A stretch of 64,000 bases of DNA from a virus. Its lineage: Duplodnaviria; Caudoviricetes. The notes under the pieces were generated by a model. The model was not told the DNA's origin, searched no databases, and was given only the letters and a program-made list of their open reading frames with translations. Location: IMG/VR virus record IMGVR_UViG_3300035180_001344, positions 1,095-65,094 of that record; one strand, 5' to 3'. Positions 40,481-50,299 of the stretch are shown here, piece by piece (position 1 is the stretch's first letter; every line of letters starts with the position of its first letter). Both the position numbers and the translations under genes were made by a program.

Positions 40481-40493
40481 TATGCGATCAAGA

Positions 40494-41270
40494 TCAGTCG
40501 TCGCCTTCTTCTTCGGCGGCAATAATCCACGATTTGACAAACTCACTACGCACAATATCGTGACGAGTGAATACCACATTGGTGAATCCACCCATTCTGG
40601 CGGTGATTCTCATCATCTTATCCATCCCGGTAACTTCGTGTCTCTTGCGTAGATCTGTTTGTGGCATATCACCGCACATGATGATACGTGAATTCTTACC
40701 AAGACGTGTCATAATCGTATTGATTTCGTGAAATGTCATGCTTTGACATTCGTCCACCACGATCACAGCATTATCCCAAGTGACACCACGAATGAAGGAT
40801 GTCGTTTGGAACTCAACCACGCGCGCATCCTTCATGTCTTGATATGTGCTCATACGTCCCATCAGATCACAGAACATACTTTGGTACGGAGCCTCGTAGA
40901 TTGCAGCTTTTTCTTCAAGCGTGCCAGGTACAAACCCTTGATCACGTGTAGGAACTGCCGAACGAACGATGATCAGACGGTCAACTTCTGAGTCTGCGGA
41001 AAGAATGTCATTGAGAGCAAGATACAATGCTACAAATGTTTTTCCAGTTCCTGCGGAGCCAGATGCGGTAAGGTTGCGGCCTTCCATGTAGTCACGCAAC
41101 ATTTCACGTTGTGGGGGTGTTAGAGCTTGAATGTGTTTGAGATCATGCTTTGTCCAGGATTTGCGTTTTGTTGGCCCTTCTTGCCAAGCTCTGGTGTTAT
41201 TAACGAGGGCTTGTTCAATGTTATATACGTTATGACGTGCGGTGGCTTTTACAGCGCGCTTTCTGGACAT
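40494..41270 (-). CDS. phoH: PhoH-like ATPase
   Basis: GSAGTGKT, GFVPG, RGVTW, DECQ, TRLG, GD..QTD. Confidence 0.93.
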   Translation of the reverse strand: MSRKRAVKATARHNVYNIEQALVNNTRAWQEGPTKRKSWTKHDLKHIQALTPPQREMLRDYMEGRNLTASGSAGTGKTFVALYLALNDILSADSEVDRLIIVRSAVPTRDQGFVPGTLEEKAAIYEAPYQSMFCDLMGRMSTYQDMKDARVVEFQTTSFIRGVTWDNAVIVVDECQSMTFHEINTIMTRLGKNSRIIMCGDMPQTDLRKRHEVTGMDKMMRITARMGGFTNVVFTRHDIVRSEFVKSWIIAAEEEGDD

Positions 41271-41460
41271 AGGTAGCTCCTTAGGGGTGTGGTTGGGGTA
41301 CAGGAGGGGAAGGTGCGGAAGAATATCCGCGAGGAAGGAAAGCGGGAGTTGGAATAGCGGAATGCGAGCAAAAAGTCGTCATTAACTGTCCAAAAGGATG
41401 TTCATATGACTATTTATTGCTCGCATTCACAAATGCAAAAAACCGACTATCTACGCGATG

Positions 41461-42960
41461 TTAATCGTCCTTGTTCGGATCATACTTGAATTGTTCGATG
41501 ATTTCGCCCTTATCATCTACTGTTTTCATCAACACCGTGTACCCCCACAGAGCGCCCACGTGCCGCAGTGTTTTGATCGTCTCATCCTCGTCTAACATAT
41601 GTCGCTTCATAGATTGATGCTCCATTGTCATGGCACGTGTACCCCACACATCAACCTCCGTTACGTTGATGTACGGTAGTCGATTGTTCACATTTTGTTG
41701 TTCAGCCAGCTTTTCGCGGATCTGATGATATCCGTCGTCATTTTGAATTGCTTCAACCAGCATAGTTGGATTGTTGTCGTCGTCCAAAATATGGAAGAAT
41801 TGGAAATCTCTCATTACCTTTGGTGATAGGTACTGCAAAATGAAAGCCTCATCCTTGAAGTTAAAGGCGGCATACTTGCACTCAGCAAGCCAATCCGACT
41901 TGCCACACAGATTTGGGAACCACTTGCGGTCTTCATCTGTGGGATCCAAGCACATACGCTTAATGTCATTGAACATTGCAAATCCAAGTGCATATGGATT
42001 TATTGGTTGCATTGGATATTGCCTTACTACTCCCGTGTGGCTGTGCATAAACTCCAACATAAATCCATCAGTGACATGACCTCGTTCGTACATCTCCATC
42101 ATGATGTTATAGTGTGTGAAGGTGGCCCAGCCTTCATTCATAATCTGTGTCAACATTTGTGGATAGAAATATTGTGCGACTTTACGAACGATACGAAGAA
42201 TTTCCTTCTTCCACGCCTCCAAGTTCGGAGCGTGTTTTTCAATAAAGTACAACAAGTTTTCTTCCGGCTCCGCAGGAAACTTTGGATATTTTCCTGGTTC
42301 TGCTGGCACCTTGGTTAGAGGTATTGTACGCCACATGTCATTAAACGTTTCTTCTTCGTGTTGAATTCGATCCTTAACACGTTGTTTTGCTTTGTCTTTT
42401 GACAACTGAACTGGACGCTTGTATCGATCAATACCTTGATTTCGCAATGCGTGTGCATGATCAAGAACCTCTTCAACAGCTCGTTCACCGTACTTTTCTT
42501 CACATTCGTGTACGTAGTGTTTTGCGTATGCCAGGTAATCAATGATTGCCTCGGCGTCAGTCCATTGCTTAAAGTGCGTGTTATTCTTGAAAAACGAATT
42601 GTGTCCAAAGCACGCATGTGCTATTACCAGGCACTGCATGGCTATGGAGTTCTCTTCCATCAAATAGCTGATGCATGGATTGCTGTTGATCACAATTTCG
42701 TACGCCAACCCCATGTGGCCACGCTTGTATTGTTCAGATTCTGCAACAAATTGCCTACCAAAGGACCAATGTGAATAATACAGTGGCATTCCAACAGCAG
42801 CGTACGCATCAAGCATCTGTTCACTGGTGATGATTTCAATTTGATTTGGATAGTACTCTATCCCGTATACCTCTTCGGCAATCTGTCGAATCTTATCGTA
42901 TGCATCGTCAATATCTGCAAACGTCCAATCTTTACCAGAATCAAATTTAGCGCTTGTCAT
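41461..42960 (-). CDS. spoVR: SpoVR/YcgB family protein
   Basis: YPNQIEII, GLAYEIVINSNPCI, HACFGHNSFFKNN, MNEGWATF. Confidence 0.93.
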   Translation of the reverse strand: MTSAKFDSGKDWTFADIDDAYDKIRQIAEEVYGIEYYPNQIEIITSEQMLDAYAAVGMPLYYSHWSFGRQFVAESEQYKRGHMGLAYEIVINSNPCISYLMEENSIAMQCLVIAHACFGHNSFFKNNTHFKQWTDAEAIIDYLAYAKHYVHECEEKYGERAVEEVLDHAHALRNQGIDRYKRPVQLSKDKAKQRVKDRIQHEEETFNDMWRTIPLTKVPAEPGKYPKFPAEPEENLLYFIEKHAPNLEAWKKEILRIVRKVAQYFYPQMLTQIMNEGWATFTHYNIMMEMYERGHVTDGFMLEFMHSHTGVVRQYPMQPINPYALGFAMFNDIKRMCLDPTDEDRKWFPNLCGKSDWLAECKYAAFNFKDEAFILQYLSPKVMRDFQFFHILDDDNNPTMLVEAIQNDDGYHQIREKLAEQQNVNNRLPYINVTEVDVWGTRAMTMEHQSMKRHMLDEDETIKTLRHVGALWGYTVLMKTVDDKGEIIEQFKYDPNKDD

Positions 42961-44285
42961 GATTTTCTTTCAAATAACTTAATGAAAACAGGGTACACGC
43001 TTTCTTCACTTGTAATAACAGCGGCACTTAGATGTTGTTGGACTTCACTCATAGGTTTGAAAATAGACCAAAGAGAGTCATCATCGTCACTAAATGATAG
43101 CCTTTGTTCGTCATCGGGATTGATTTGAACATACGCATAGTATTGCAATATTGGCAACATCTTGGTAAGGACAAAATCCTTAACAATTTCATTGTCGTGT
43201 GGGAAGTTATCACCATCTGACGAATGAGCAAGGTAAATGTTCCACAACTCCGGCGAATAGTGCAGCATGATTTCATCATACGCTGCTTCCAGACCTCTTG
43301 ACGTTACAGTTCCGCCAGTCTCATGGCCGTAGTAAAAGTCTTGTTCAGTAACTACTTGGGCACGGGTATGGTATGTCACATAGACAATTTCAATATGCTC
43401 ATATTCTTGCATTAGAAACAGATACAACAGCAGATAAAACGTCTTTGCGAGTTCCTTTTTCCGCTCATCCATTGAACCAGACACATCCATCAGGCAAACC
43501 ATCACAGCTTGCACTTTTGGTACTTGTACCCTCGTCCAGTTGTTGAATTTCAAATCAATTGGGTCAATGAATGGAACTGCTTTGATTCGACGCTTCATTA
43601 CCTCAATTTGATGTTGAAGTTTTTCCAGTGCATCTACCTCAATTGAGACATCTTGGTTATTTGCCTTACGGTGAGCAATATCAACAAGAAGTTCTGCTTC
43701 TTTACGTTCCAGTTCTTTTAGTTTCTTACCCTTCAACGCACGAAGTCCAGAGCGCCTACCTACGGCTCCTCGCATTGACCGCATCACATTCAACATCGAC
43801 GGTGATCCATCAGACGTAAATCCATGACGTTGCATGACTTCTTCTGTCAGTACAGCGAGGTTTTCTTTAACAAGATCAGGCAGTGCACAATTGTCAAAGA
43901 AAATTTCAAGGAATTCTTCCTTGGTCAAGTGGAAGGTAAACTCATCTTCACCTTCTCCGTCTTCTGATCCCTTGGCGCCTCCTGGACCACTGCCACTGTT
44001 TGGTGGTCGTTTTAGCTTGTCACCAGGAACGAACTTATCATTACCAGGACGAACAATGTCGTTGATTCCTGTTTTATCGTGGTGGAAGTTGGGTTCATCA
44101 AGGTCGCGAACCGGAACTCTAACCTTTTTTCCCTTGGAACTTGCGAGGTCTTTCAAACCACCATCACGGACAATGTCTTTAACGCTGTCTTTGAGAATTC
44201 CCTTAACTCGCCCAATGAACTTACGACGATTTACAGAACTCTTGCCTTTGTCGTTTTTACGACGATCAATAATTACATGTGACAT
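42957..44285 (-). CDS. yeaH: YeaH/YhbH (DUF444, vWA-like) protein
   Basis: IDRR..KSSVNR, MDVSGSM, ETGGT, SDGDN. Confidence 0.93.
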   Translation of the reverse strand: MSHVIIDRRKNDKGKSSVNRRKFIGRVKGILKDSVKDIVRDGGLKDLASSKGKKVRVPVRDLDEPNFHHDKTGINDIVRPGNDKFVPGDKLKRPPNSGSGPGGAKGSEDGEGEDEFTFHLTKEEFLEIFFDNCALPDLVKENLAVLTEEVMQRHGFTSDGSPSMLNVMRSMRGAVGRRSGLRALKGKKLKELERKEAELLVDIAHRKANNQDVSIEVDALEKLQHQIEVMKRRIKAVPFIDPIDLKFNNWTRVQVPKVQAVMVCLMDVSGSMDERKKELAKTFYLLLYLFLMQEYEHIEIVYVTYHTRAQVVTEQDFYYGHETGGTVTSRGLEAAYDEIMLHYSPELWNIYLAHSSDGDNFPHDNEIVKDFVLTKMLPILQYYAYVQINPDDEQRLSFSDDDDSLWSIFKPMSEVQQHLSAAVITSEESVYPVFIKLFERKS

Positions 44286-44330
44286 TTAGTCGTCCTTCGA
44301 ACTGCGAGATTGGTCCAACACAATTGTTGA

Positions 44331-44606
44331 TTAGTGAAGATGCGTTCTTATGCCACTATCAAGTGCATCATTGCCCATTGCTTCATTGATTTCATCTTGT
44401 GTTGCAGGACGTACACCACCATCCTCACCTACTACTACCACAGAACTATGTTGGGCAGCCGCCTCCATTTGCAAATCAAATTGCGCATGAGCAAGTGCTT
44501 CACGTTCTGGCGTAGAGATTGTGCAATCAAAGCAGATGTAAGATCCACCAGGCCCGTACGGTCTGATGTCCTCTTTGTCCTGCTCACAATAGAAGCATTT
44601 TTTCAT
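44331..44606 (-). CDS. small Zn-finger protein
   Basis: CxxC...RPYGPGG..ICFDC. Confidence 0.7.
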   Translation of the reverse strand: MKKCFYCEQDKEDIRPYGPGGSYICFDCTISTPEREALAHAQFDLQMEAAAQHSSVVVVGEDGGVRPATQDEINEAMGNDALDSGIRTHLH

Positions 44607-44607
44607 A

Positions 44608-46557
44608 TCAATTGTGCTTTCTGTACCTCATATACCATTCCACCAACAGACGAACCTGCTTGTCGGTATATCCCTTTGACTTCATCCGCTGAACGAAATC
44701 ACTGTGCTTCGTTTCTTCATCAGCCGTCGCCTTCTTATTGAAGCTGATAACTGGCAGAAGTTCTTCCGTGTTGGCAAACATCTTCTTCTCAATTACCGCC
44801 CGCAGCTTTTCATAACTGGTCCACGAAGGATTCTTGCCAGCATTGTTGCGTGCAGCACGGAGAACAAAGTTGACGACTTCATTTCGAAAGTCTTTTGGAT
44901 TGCTGATCTTCGCTGGCTTTTCAACCTTTTCCAACTCTGCATTCAACGATTCGCGATCAAACATCTCGTTCGTGTCAGCATCCTTGTAGTCAATGTTCTG
45001 AATCCAAGCATCAGCGTACATGATGTATCGATCAAATACGTTTTGACCGTATTCACTGTACGATTCAAGGTATGCCTTTTGAATCTCGTCTGACAGGAAC
45101 TGTGCGTAGTTTGGAGCAATCGTTCCCTTAATGTACGAAATGTATTCCTCTTCAACGGCTTGTGGGAGACGCTCATTCATAACCTGATGTTCGAGAACGT
45201 ACATCAGGTGAACAGGATTGGCCGCAATTTCCGTACTGTCGTGGTTGAATGTCTTTGACAAGCACTTAAACGCAAATCGCGTTGATGTTCCGTCCATTCC
45301 TTCATCAACACCCGCCAAGTCGCGATACTCTTGGTACGACTTTGCTTGTGGATCCTTGTCTTTGAGATTCTTACCGTCATAGATTTCCAGTTTGGAAAAC
45401 AACGTTGAATTTTCTGGCTTGCCAAGGCGTGTGAGGACAGAGAATTGAGCCATCATTTCCAGTGTGCCTGGTGCCCGAACAGCACTTGACAAAGACGAAT
45501 GCTTCAACAGCTTTTCGTAAATTTTGACCTCTTCTGTCACTCGCAAGCAGTAAGGAACCTTGACAATGTACACACGGTCCAAGAATGCTTCATTGCGCTT
45601 GTTGTTGCGGAATTGTTCCCACTCTGATTCGTTTGAGTGAGCCATCACAATACCCTGGAACGGGAATGATGCGAGACCTTCCGTACCGTTGTAGTGTCCG
45701 TCTTGCGTACACATCAGCAGAGGGTTCAGCGTCTTGATGTTTGACTTGAACATTTCAGCATAGTCAACGATACCCTGCGTTGCAACGTTCAGCGCACCAC
45801 TGTAACTGTACGCATCAGGATCATCCTGGCTGAAATCTTCCAACTTACGAATGTCAACCTTACCAACCAACGAGCTGATGTCTTGGTTGTTTTCATCGCC
45901 TGGTTCCGCTTTGGCGATACCAGCGCGCGACAGTTGTGAAGGAAGCAACTTGACAACAGTAAACTGACGCAGATCACCGCCAAATTCTTGTAGTCGTTTT
46001 GTAGCCCACGGTGACATGATCGTTTTCAACGCAGAGGCTGGAATTCCAAACCGCTTTTCCAGCTTCGGACCGTCAGTGATTGGATCAAATAGGCCAAATG
46101 GGTGTTCGTATAGTGGGGAAACTTTGTCACCCGCCTTCAACACGTACATTGGAATGGATTCGAACAGTTGCTTGACGCGTTCTGCAAGTGAGGACTTGCC
46201 GCCGCCGACTGGGCCAAGCAGATACAGGATTTGCTTCTTTTCTTCAAGACCCTGTGCAGCGTGCTTAAAGTATGACACTGTATCGTCAATAGCCTTTTCC
46301 ATCCCGTAGAATTCAGCAAAGGTTGGGTAGTAACGAATCTTGCTGTTTTGAAAGATTCGGCTCAGTCGCGGATCTTTCGAGGTATCCAATTCCACTGGAT
46401 CACCAATTGCATCCAACATACGCTGTGGAGCAGTAGCATACATTTTTGGATTCGCCTTGCACTGTTCAAGATACTCAAACAGTGTCATTTCTACGCCCTG
46501 ACGAGCTGAAAATCTTGCCGTATAGTCACCAAAAATGTCGTCGTGTTCAAAACTCAT
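44608..46557 (-). CDS. prkA: PrkA/YeaG AAA+ ATPase / serine kinase
   Basis: LLGPVGGGKSS, EPGDENNQDIS, HSNESEW, EAFLDR. Confidence 0.95.
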   Translation of the reverse strand: MSFEHDDIFGDYTARFSARQGVEMTLFEYLEQCKANPKMYATAPQRMLDAIGDPVELDTSKDPRLSRIFQNSKIRYYPTFAEFYGMEKAIDDTVSYFKHAAQGLEEKKQILYLLGPVGGGKSSLAERVKQLFESIPMYVLKAGDKVSPLYEHPFGLFDPITDGPKLEKRFGIPASALKTIMSPWATKRLQEFGGDLRQFTVVKLLPSQLSRAGIAKAEPGDENNQDISSLVGKVDIRKLEDFSQDDPDAYSYSGALNVATQGIVDYAEMFKSNIKTLNPLLMCTQDGHYNGTEGLASFPFQGIVMAHSNESEWEQFRNNKRNEAFLDRVYIVKVPYCLRVTEEVKIYEKLLKHSSLSSAVRAPGTLEMMAQFSVLTRLGKPENSTLFSKLEIYDGKNLKDKDPQAKSYQEYRDLAGVDEGMDGTSTRFAFKCLSKTFNHDSTEIAANPVHLMYVLEHQVMNERLPQAVEEEYISYIKGTIAPNYAQFLSDEIQKAYLESYSEYGQNVFDRYIMYADAWIQNIDYKDADTNEMFDRESLNAELEKVEKPAKISNPKDFRNEVVNFVLRAARNNAGKNPSWTSYEKLRAVIEKKMFANTEELLPVISFNKKATADEETKHSDFVQRMKSKGYTDKQVRLLVEWYMRYRKHN

Positions 46558-46622
46558 TGTGTAATCTCCTGTGGGTAGTGCGTATGATCATATAGTACTG
46601 GACGTTTGTGGTCCTGGCAACA

Positions 46623-46916
46623 TTACTTATGCCACTCTTCAAGGGTCCTGAACGAATATACTTTGTTAAATCCATACACTGAAATATAGTTCAATGCAGC
46701 GGATAGTGTTGTAGGATCTGATGATTCACCATATACCACAATTGTAGTATCTTTTGGATATTTCTGAATCTGTGAAATTTGACGAAGGGACAGGTTAATA
46801 GCGCCTGGCAATGCACCATCACGAAATGCGACTGGTCCTCGTACATCAACAAGCACAGCACCTTTCCCAACTAGTTGTTGTGCTCTTTTTCCAGAAATGT
46901 ATTGTCCCATTGCCAT
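46623..46916 (-). CDS. rhodanese-like domain protein
   Basis: LVDVR, LPGAINL; AAGGAG SD; no active-site Cys. Confidence 0.75.
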   Translation of the reverse strand: MAMGQYISGKRAQQLVGKGAVLVDVRGPVAFRDGALPGAINLSLRQISQIQKYPKDTTIVVYGESSDPTTLSAALNYISVYGFNKVYSFRTLEEWHK

Positions 46917-46926
46917 ATCTTTCTCC

Positions 46927-47547
46927 TTAACAGTCAGTAGGCCCCAACAAAGTCGGCGCTGCAAGATGTTGTTCAAGCAGCGTACGCTCAGCAACAACAT
47001 CTCGATTGATAGTTGCGGCCGCGTCAAACTTCTTTCCTTTGTTTCGTTTAGCAAGTTTTGCCAAGTTAGCATATTGAATCTGTTCCCAATCACCGTTAAG
47101 TGCGTCAACTGCGATTGCATGGTACCAGTTCAGATCACCAAGTTCTTCGAGGATATTGATCCCATCAATTGGCTCACCCGTATCAATCGCTGTGTACAAT
47201 GCTTCCAACAGCTCAACCGACTCTGTTGCAAGTCCAATGATTGCATGGACTACTCGTGGATCAAGTTTCAGCAGTGTTTGAACGTCAGTTGCTTTGTTCT
47301 TTGCGGCTGCGGCAGTTGCTGCGCGGCGCAAAATTAGCGAATTATCTTCAAGCCGCAACTCACGTGCCTCTAACTTTGCTGCATCTTGTGGAAGACCGTA
47401 AAACGTGTCTTTCTTAATCACATCCAAGAGGTTTCCAGCGGCGATGACGGAAGATAAGATGTGTTTGAGTTGAATGACGTCAACAGTTACTGCTGAAATA
47501 CGACTTTCAGTCTCAATAGCGCCGACGATGTATTCTTTGAGGTTCAT
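46927..47547 (-). CDS. MazG-like nucleotide pyrophosphohydrolase
   Basis: HAIIGLATESVE, EELGDLNWY, NLAKL.KR. Confidence 0.8.
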   Translation of the reverse strand: MNLKEYIVGAIETESRISAVTVDVIQLKHILSSVIAAGNLLDVIKKDTFYGLPQDAAKLEARELRLEDNSLILRRAATAAAAKNKATDVQTLLKLDPRVVHAIIGLATESVELLEALYTAIDTGEPIDGINILEELGDLNWYHAIAVDALNGDWEQIQYANLAKLAKRNKGKKFDAAATINRDVVAERTLLEQHLAAPTLLGPTDC

Positions 47548-47609
47548 ATTGAATCCTTTTGTTATTGTTATGTGGTATACGATACACGAATAATCTGTAC
47601 CCAGCAACG

Positions 47610-47635
47610 AAAAAGGTCGCCGTGGCGACCTTTTT
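47610..47635. terminator. terminator after tRNA-Gly
   Basis: AAAAAGGTCGCC-GT-GGCGACCTTTTT. Confidence 0.85.
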
Positions 47636-47638
47636 GTT

Positions 47639-47713
47639 TGGAGCGGGTGAAGAGATTCGAACTCTCGACATTTTCGTTGGCAACGAAAAACTCTACCACT
47701 GAGCTACACCCGC
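47639..47713 (-). tRNA. tRNA-Gly(GCC)
   Basis: Full cloverleaf GCGGGTG...CACCCGC-T-CCA, anticodon loop TTGCCAA. Confidence 0.95.
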
Positions 47714-47724
47714 AATGCGGTTAT

Positions 47725-48303
47725 TTATGGTGACTTTGTATGAAGAGAAATAAACCCCTTGATTGTTTCAGCAACACCCTGATCCATTAGTACTTCAAAG
47801 TGGTTAAAGGGAAACTCAATATGATATCCAGCAAATTCCTTTTGGCTCTCAATTGTCACTACTCCGTCATTTGGCTTTGATACCAATACATGCTGACCCT
47901 CGGTCGTGATAATATTCAAAGTTGGTACAATTGGGCCAACCTTATTAAGTGAGCGAAGAATTGGACTTGTGGTTCGTATATTGCGAAAGAATACATTGAA
48001 TGGCATCAACATTGACATGTGATCAGCAGCTTCACTCCCTCCAAATGGGGTACTAATTGTTGTAACTGTTTGGATCTTTTTTGGATGTAGGTGAGACAGT
48101 GCTACACCAATTATTCCACCAAGACTGTGAGAAACAATATGAGACGGTTGATCTACATGTTTTACAGCAGCATTGATGATATCTTGCAAGTGATCTGATG
48201 CATCGTATGTCAATTCTGTTACAGTATGGTCATCAAGTCGAGACTTAATGAACGAAAAACTCTTTGGCGTCGCATTCGCGCCGTGTATGTAGATGATGTG
48301 CAT
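47725..48303 (-). CDS. alpha/beta hydrolase
   Basis: IHG, HSLGG, TPFGGS, NDGVV, NH. Confidence 0.88.
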   Translation of the reverse strand: MHIIYIHGANATPKSFSFIKSRLDDHTVTELTYDASDHLQDIINAAVKHVDQPSHIVSHSLGGIIGVALSHLHPKKIQTVTTISTPFGGSEAADHMSMLMPFNVFFRNIRTTSPILRSLNKVGPIVPTLNIITTEGQHVLVSKPNDGVVTIESQKEFAGYHIEFPFNHFEVLMDQGVAETIKGFISLHTKSP

Positions 48304-48310
48304 TTGACAA

Positions 48311-48739
48311 TTACATCATGTATTTGATCATAAACTTGAAACGGCCGTCTGGTAGTTCCTGAATATCATTTCCATACTTGTGGTATGCAACGTACTCTAC
48401 ACGAGCAATTTCACGTTGAGCGGCAGCCCTATCAGAAGCAATTCCTGTCTGTGTAATGACGGGAGCATATTGCTTACCATGTACGTGATCTTGTTCATAC
48501 TTAACGTCGGTGATCTTTGCTTCGTGCTTTAACCGATCGCGTTTTTCACGAGCATCTGCACTTGCTTGGTCATCAATAAAGTTTTGACGACGTTCCTCAT
48601 CACTCATACGGCCGCCGCGACCAAGTCGCTGGCGGGGATCGTAGTCAGGACTTCCGGGAATATCTTCATCGCCTGGGTGGTAATCCCCAGGGCCGGGAAT
48701 GTCTCGTGGGTTCATTTCAACAAGGTGACGAAATTTCAT
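48311..48739 (-). CDS. hypothetical late protein
   Basis: TAAATA at 48778-48783; MKFRHLVE N-terminus. Confidence 0.7.
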   Translation of the reverse strand: MKFRHLVEMNPRDIPGPGDYHPGDEDIPGSPDYDPRQRLGRGGRMSDEERRQNFIDDQASADAREKRDRLKHEAKITDVKYEQDHVHGKQYAPVITQTGIASDRAAAQREIARVEYVAYHKYGNDIQELPDGRFKFMIKYMM

Positions 48740-48785
48740 AGGAATCTCCAAAGCAAATAAAGGGGTGTGAGCCCCCTTATTTACT

Positions 48786-49373
48786 CTAATTGAGCTTGAT
48801 CGGGTTGAGAAGTCGACTGTCTTTGGTTACCCGAGAGATCAGGAACTCCATTTGATCAGCAAGAATCGTACGATTCATCAGAATCAAGTATTCAGCCCTG
48901 TTTGGTGCATACGGCACGTACAGCAGCTTCATATCTGCTTCTTCTGGCGTCCGGTTGTCCTTGTACTTGTTACATCCACCACACGAAGATACAACGTTTG
49001 CCCAGGTGTCCTTACCACCACGAGAGCTTGGTTGGACGTGGTCACGCGTCAAATTATCAAGGCTGAACTCACCACCACAGTAAGCACAAATGTGCTGGTC
49101 ACGCCGAAACAGCGCTCTGTTGGTTAGTGTTGGAATTCGGAACAATCCTTTGTCACCAATTTCTCCCCTGACAGCAATGATCGTGTTTAGATCCATGGAC
49201 GATTGTTCACCCGTTACGCGGTTGTTACCACCGTAAATAGTGAAGTCCGAGCCACCCGCTGTCCACGCAATGAGATCCTTTGCCTTGTAATAGGCAGCAT
49301 CTTCATACGTCATCCAGCGGCATGGGTTGCCAGCGATGTCAAGTTGCAAAATTAGCGGGTGTTCTCTCGCCAT
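48786..49373 (-). CDS. HNH endonuclease
   Basis: RDQHICAYCG, TRDHVQP..GG..W.NVVSSCGGCN. Confidence 0.9.
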   Translation of the reverse strand: MAREHPLILQLDIAGNPCRWMTYEDAAYYKAKDLIAWTAGGSDFTIYGGNNRVTGEQSSMDLNTIIAVRGEIGDKGLFRIPTLTNRALFRRDQHICAYCGGEFSLDNLTRDHVQPSSRGGKDTWANVVSSCGGCNKYKDNRTPEEADMKLLYVPYAPNRAEYLILMNRTILADQMEFLISRVTKDSRLLNPIKLN

Positions 49374-49449
49374 AGTAAATTCTCCGTTTTGGTTATGTTA
49401 ACCATGTATTTATCGGGAAGACGGGCTGACTATCCAGCCCTTTTCCCTT

Positions 49450-49782
49450 TTAGACAACAGAAACAGCAGCGGGCGCGTCCTCTTTCATCAATTTGTAGCG
49501 CCTCAATGGCCGGCGCTTATCACCAATTAACGGTTGAGTACAAATTGCTGTATGACCAGTATCATTGTCAGGTTCGTGAAACATCTGATACTCAATATCG
49601 TTCTGTTCCAGATGATCTGCCGCTTTGTACAGATCATCTTCATTGGTGATGTCAATCAAAACAAGATGTGAATGAGGTCCGAAGCGGTGTCCTGCTTCAA
49701 GCGCCGCATGCGATGCTTGCACTATCTGTTGAGGCCCTGTAAGGTCTCGCCGGATGAACAAGTAGGTGTACGGCGTATTCAT
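49450..49782 (-). CDS. peptidyl-tRNA hydrolase II (Pth2)-like protein
   Basis: YLFIRRDL..Q.IVQASHA, FHEPD...TAIC..P, LRRYKLM pattern of the PTH2 fold. Confidence 0.78.
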   Translation of the reverse strand: MNTPYTYLFIRRDLTGPQQIVQASHAALEAGHRFGPHSHLVLIDITNEDDLYKAADHLEQNDIEYQMFHEPDNDTGHTAICTQPLIGDKRRPLRRYKLMKEDAPAAVSVV

Positions 49783-50114
49783 TGCAGCAGTGCAGTAAGT
49801 GTTGCCACTTGCTCATCCGTGATGATATCACCAAATGTCTTTTTGAAATCAGCTGGGTACCGCTTAATTGACCAACGCAGTGTTGCTTTGGCTTGTTCAA
49901 AAGACATCCATGGTTGGGCACCGTTTGCAATTTTGATTGGACTTGTGACTGGACTAAATCCACGATCAAGAGGCAAGCCTCGGATCATGTTGTACGTCAG
50001 AATGTCAGTAGGTGACAAACGGCGGTCTTTGGCACGTGTCCTGAAATAGGTACGGAAAGCTTGGAATTGTTCTCGTGTGAGAAGGTAGGAAGGGAAAGTG
50101 ATAGTTGTATTCAT
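49779..50114 (-). CDS. hypothetical protein, first gene of Pth2-like operon
   Basis: GGAG SD before MNTTITF; stop overlaps Pth2 start (ATGA). Confidence 0.75.
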   Translation of the reverse strand: MNTTITFPSYLLTREQFQAFRTYFRTRAKDRRLSPTDILTYNMIRGLPLDRGFSPVTSPIKIANGAQPWMSFEQAKATLRWSIKRYPADFKKTFGDIITDEQVATLTALLQ

Positions 50115-50236
50115 GTTTATCTCCAAAAGTCAAAAAGTTTACGTTGCATAAACGCGCAGAAAGCGTGACTTGGGATAAACGGTGGGCCGTTAGCGAAGGG
50201 CACCTACATCGAAGATTGGAACATGATTATTTCCTT
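50115..50236 (-). promoter_or_regulatory. amber-containing leader peptide and SD-sequestering stem
   Basis: AAGGAA SD; ATG 50224; MFQSSM-TAG-VPFANGPP...FWR-TAA (50117); arms 50166-50180 and 50115-50132 are complementary. Confidence 0.75.
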
Positions 50237-50270
50237 GGTTTTACTGATCCACTATTGAACCAGTGATGAG

Positions 50271-50299
50271 AGTATATATGATCGAGTCAATGATGTCAA
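50271..50299 (-). promoter_or_regulatory. sigma70-type promoter
   Basis: TTGACA-N17-TATACT. Confidence 0.85.
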
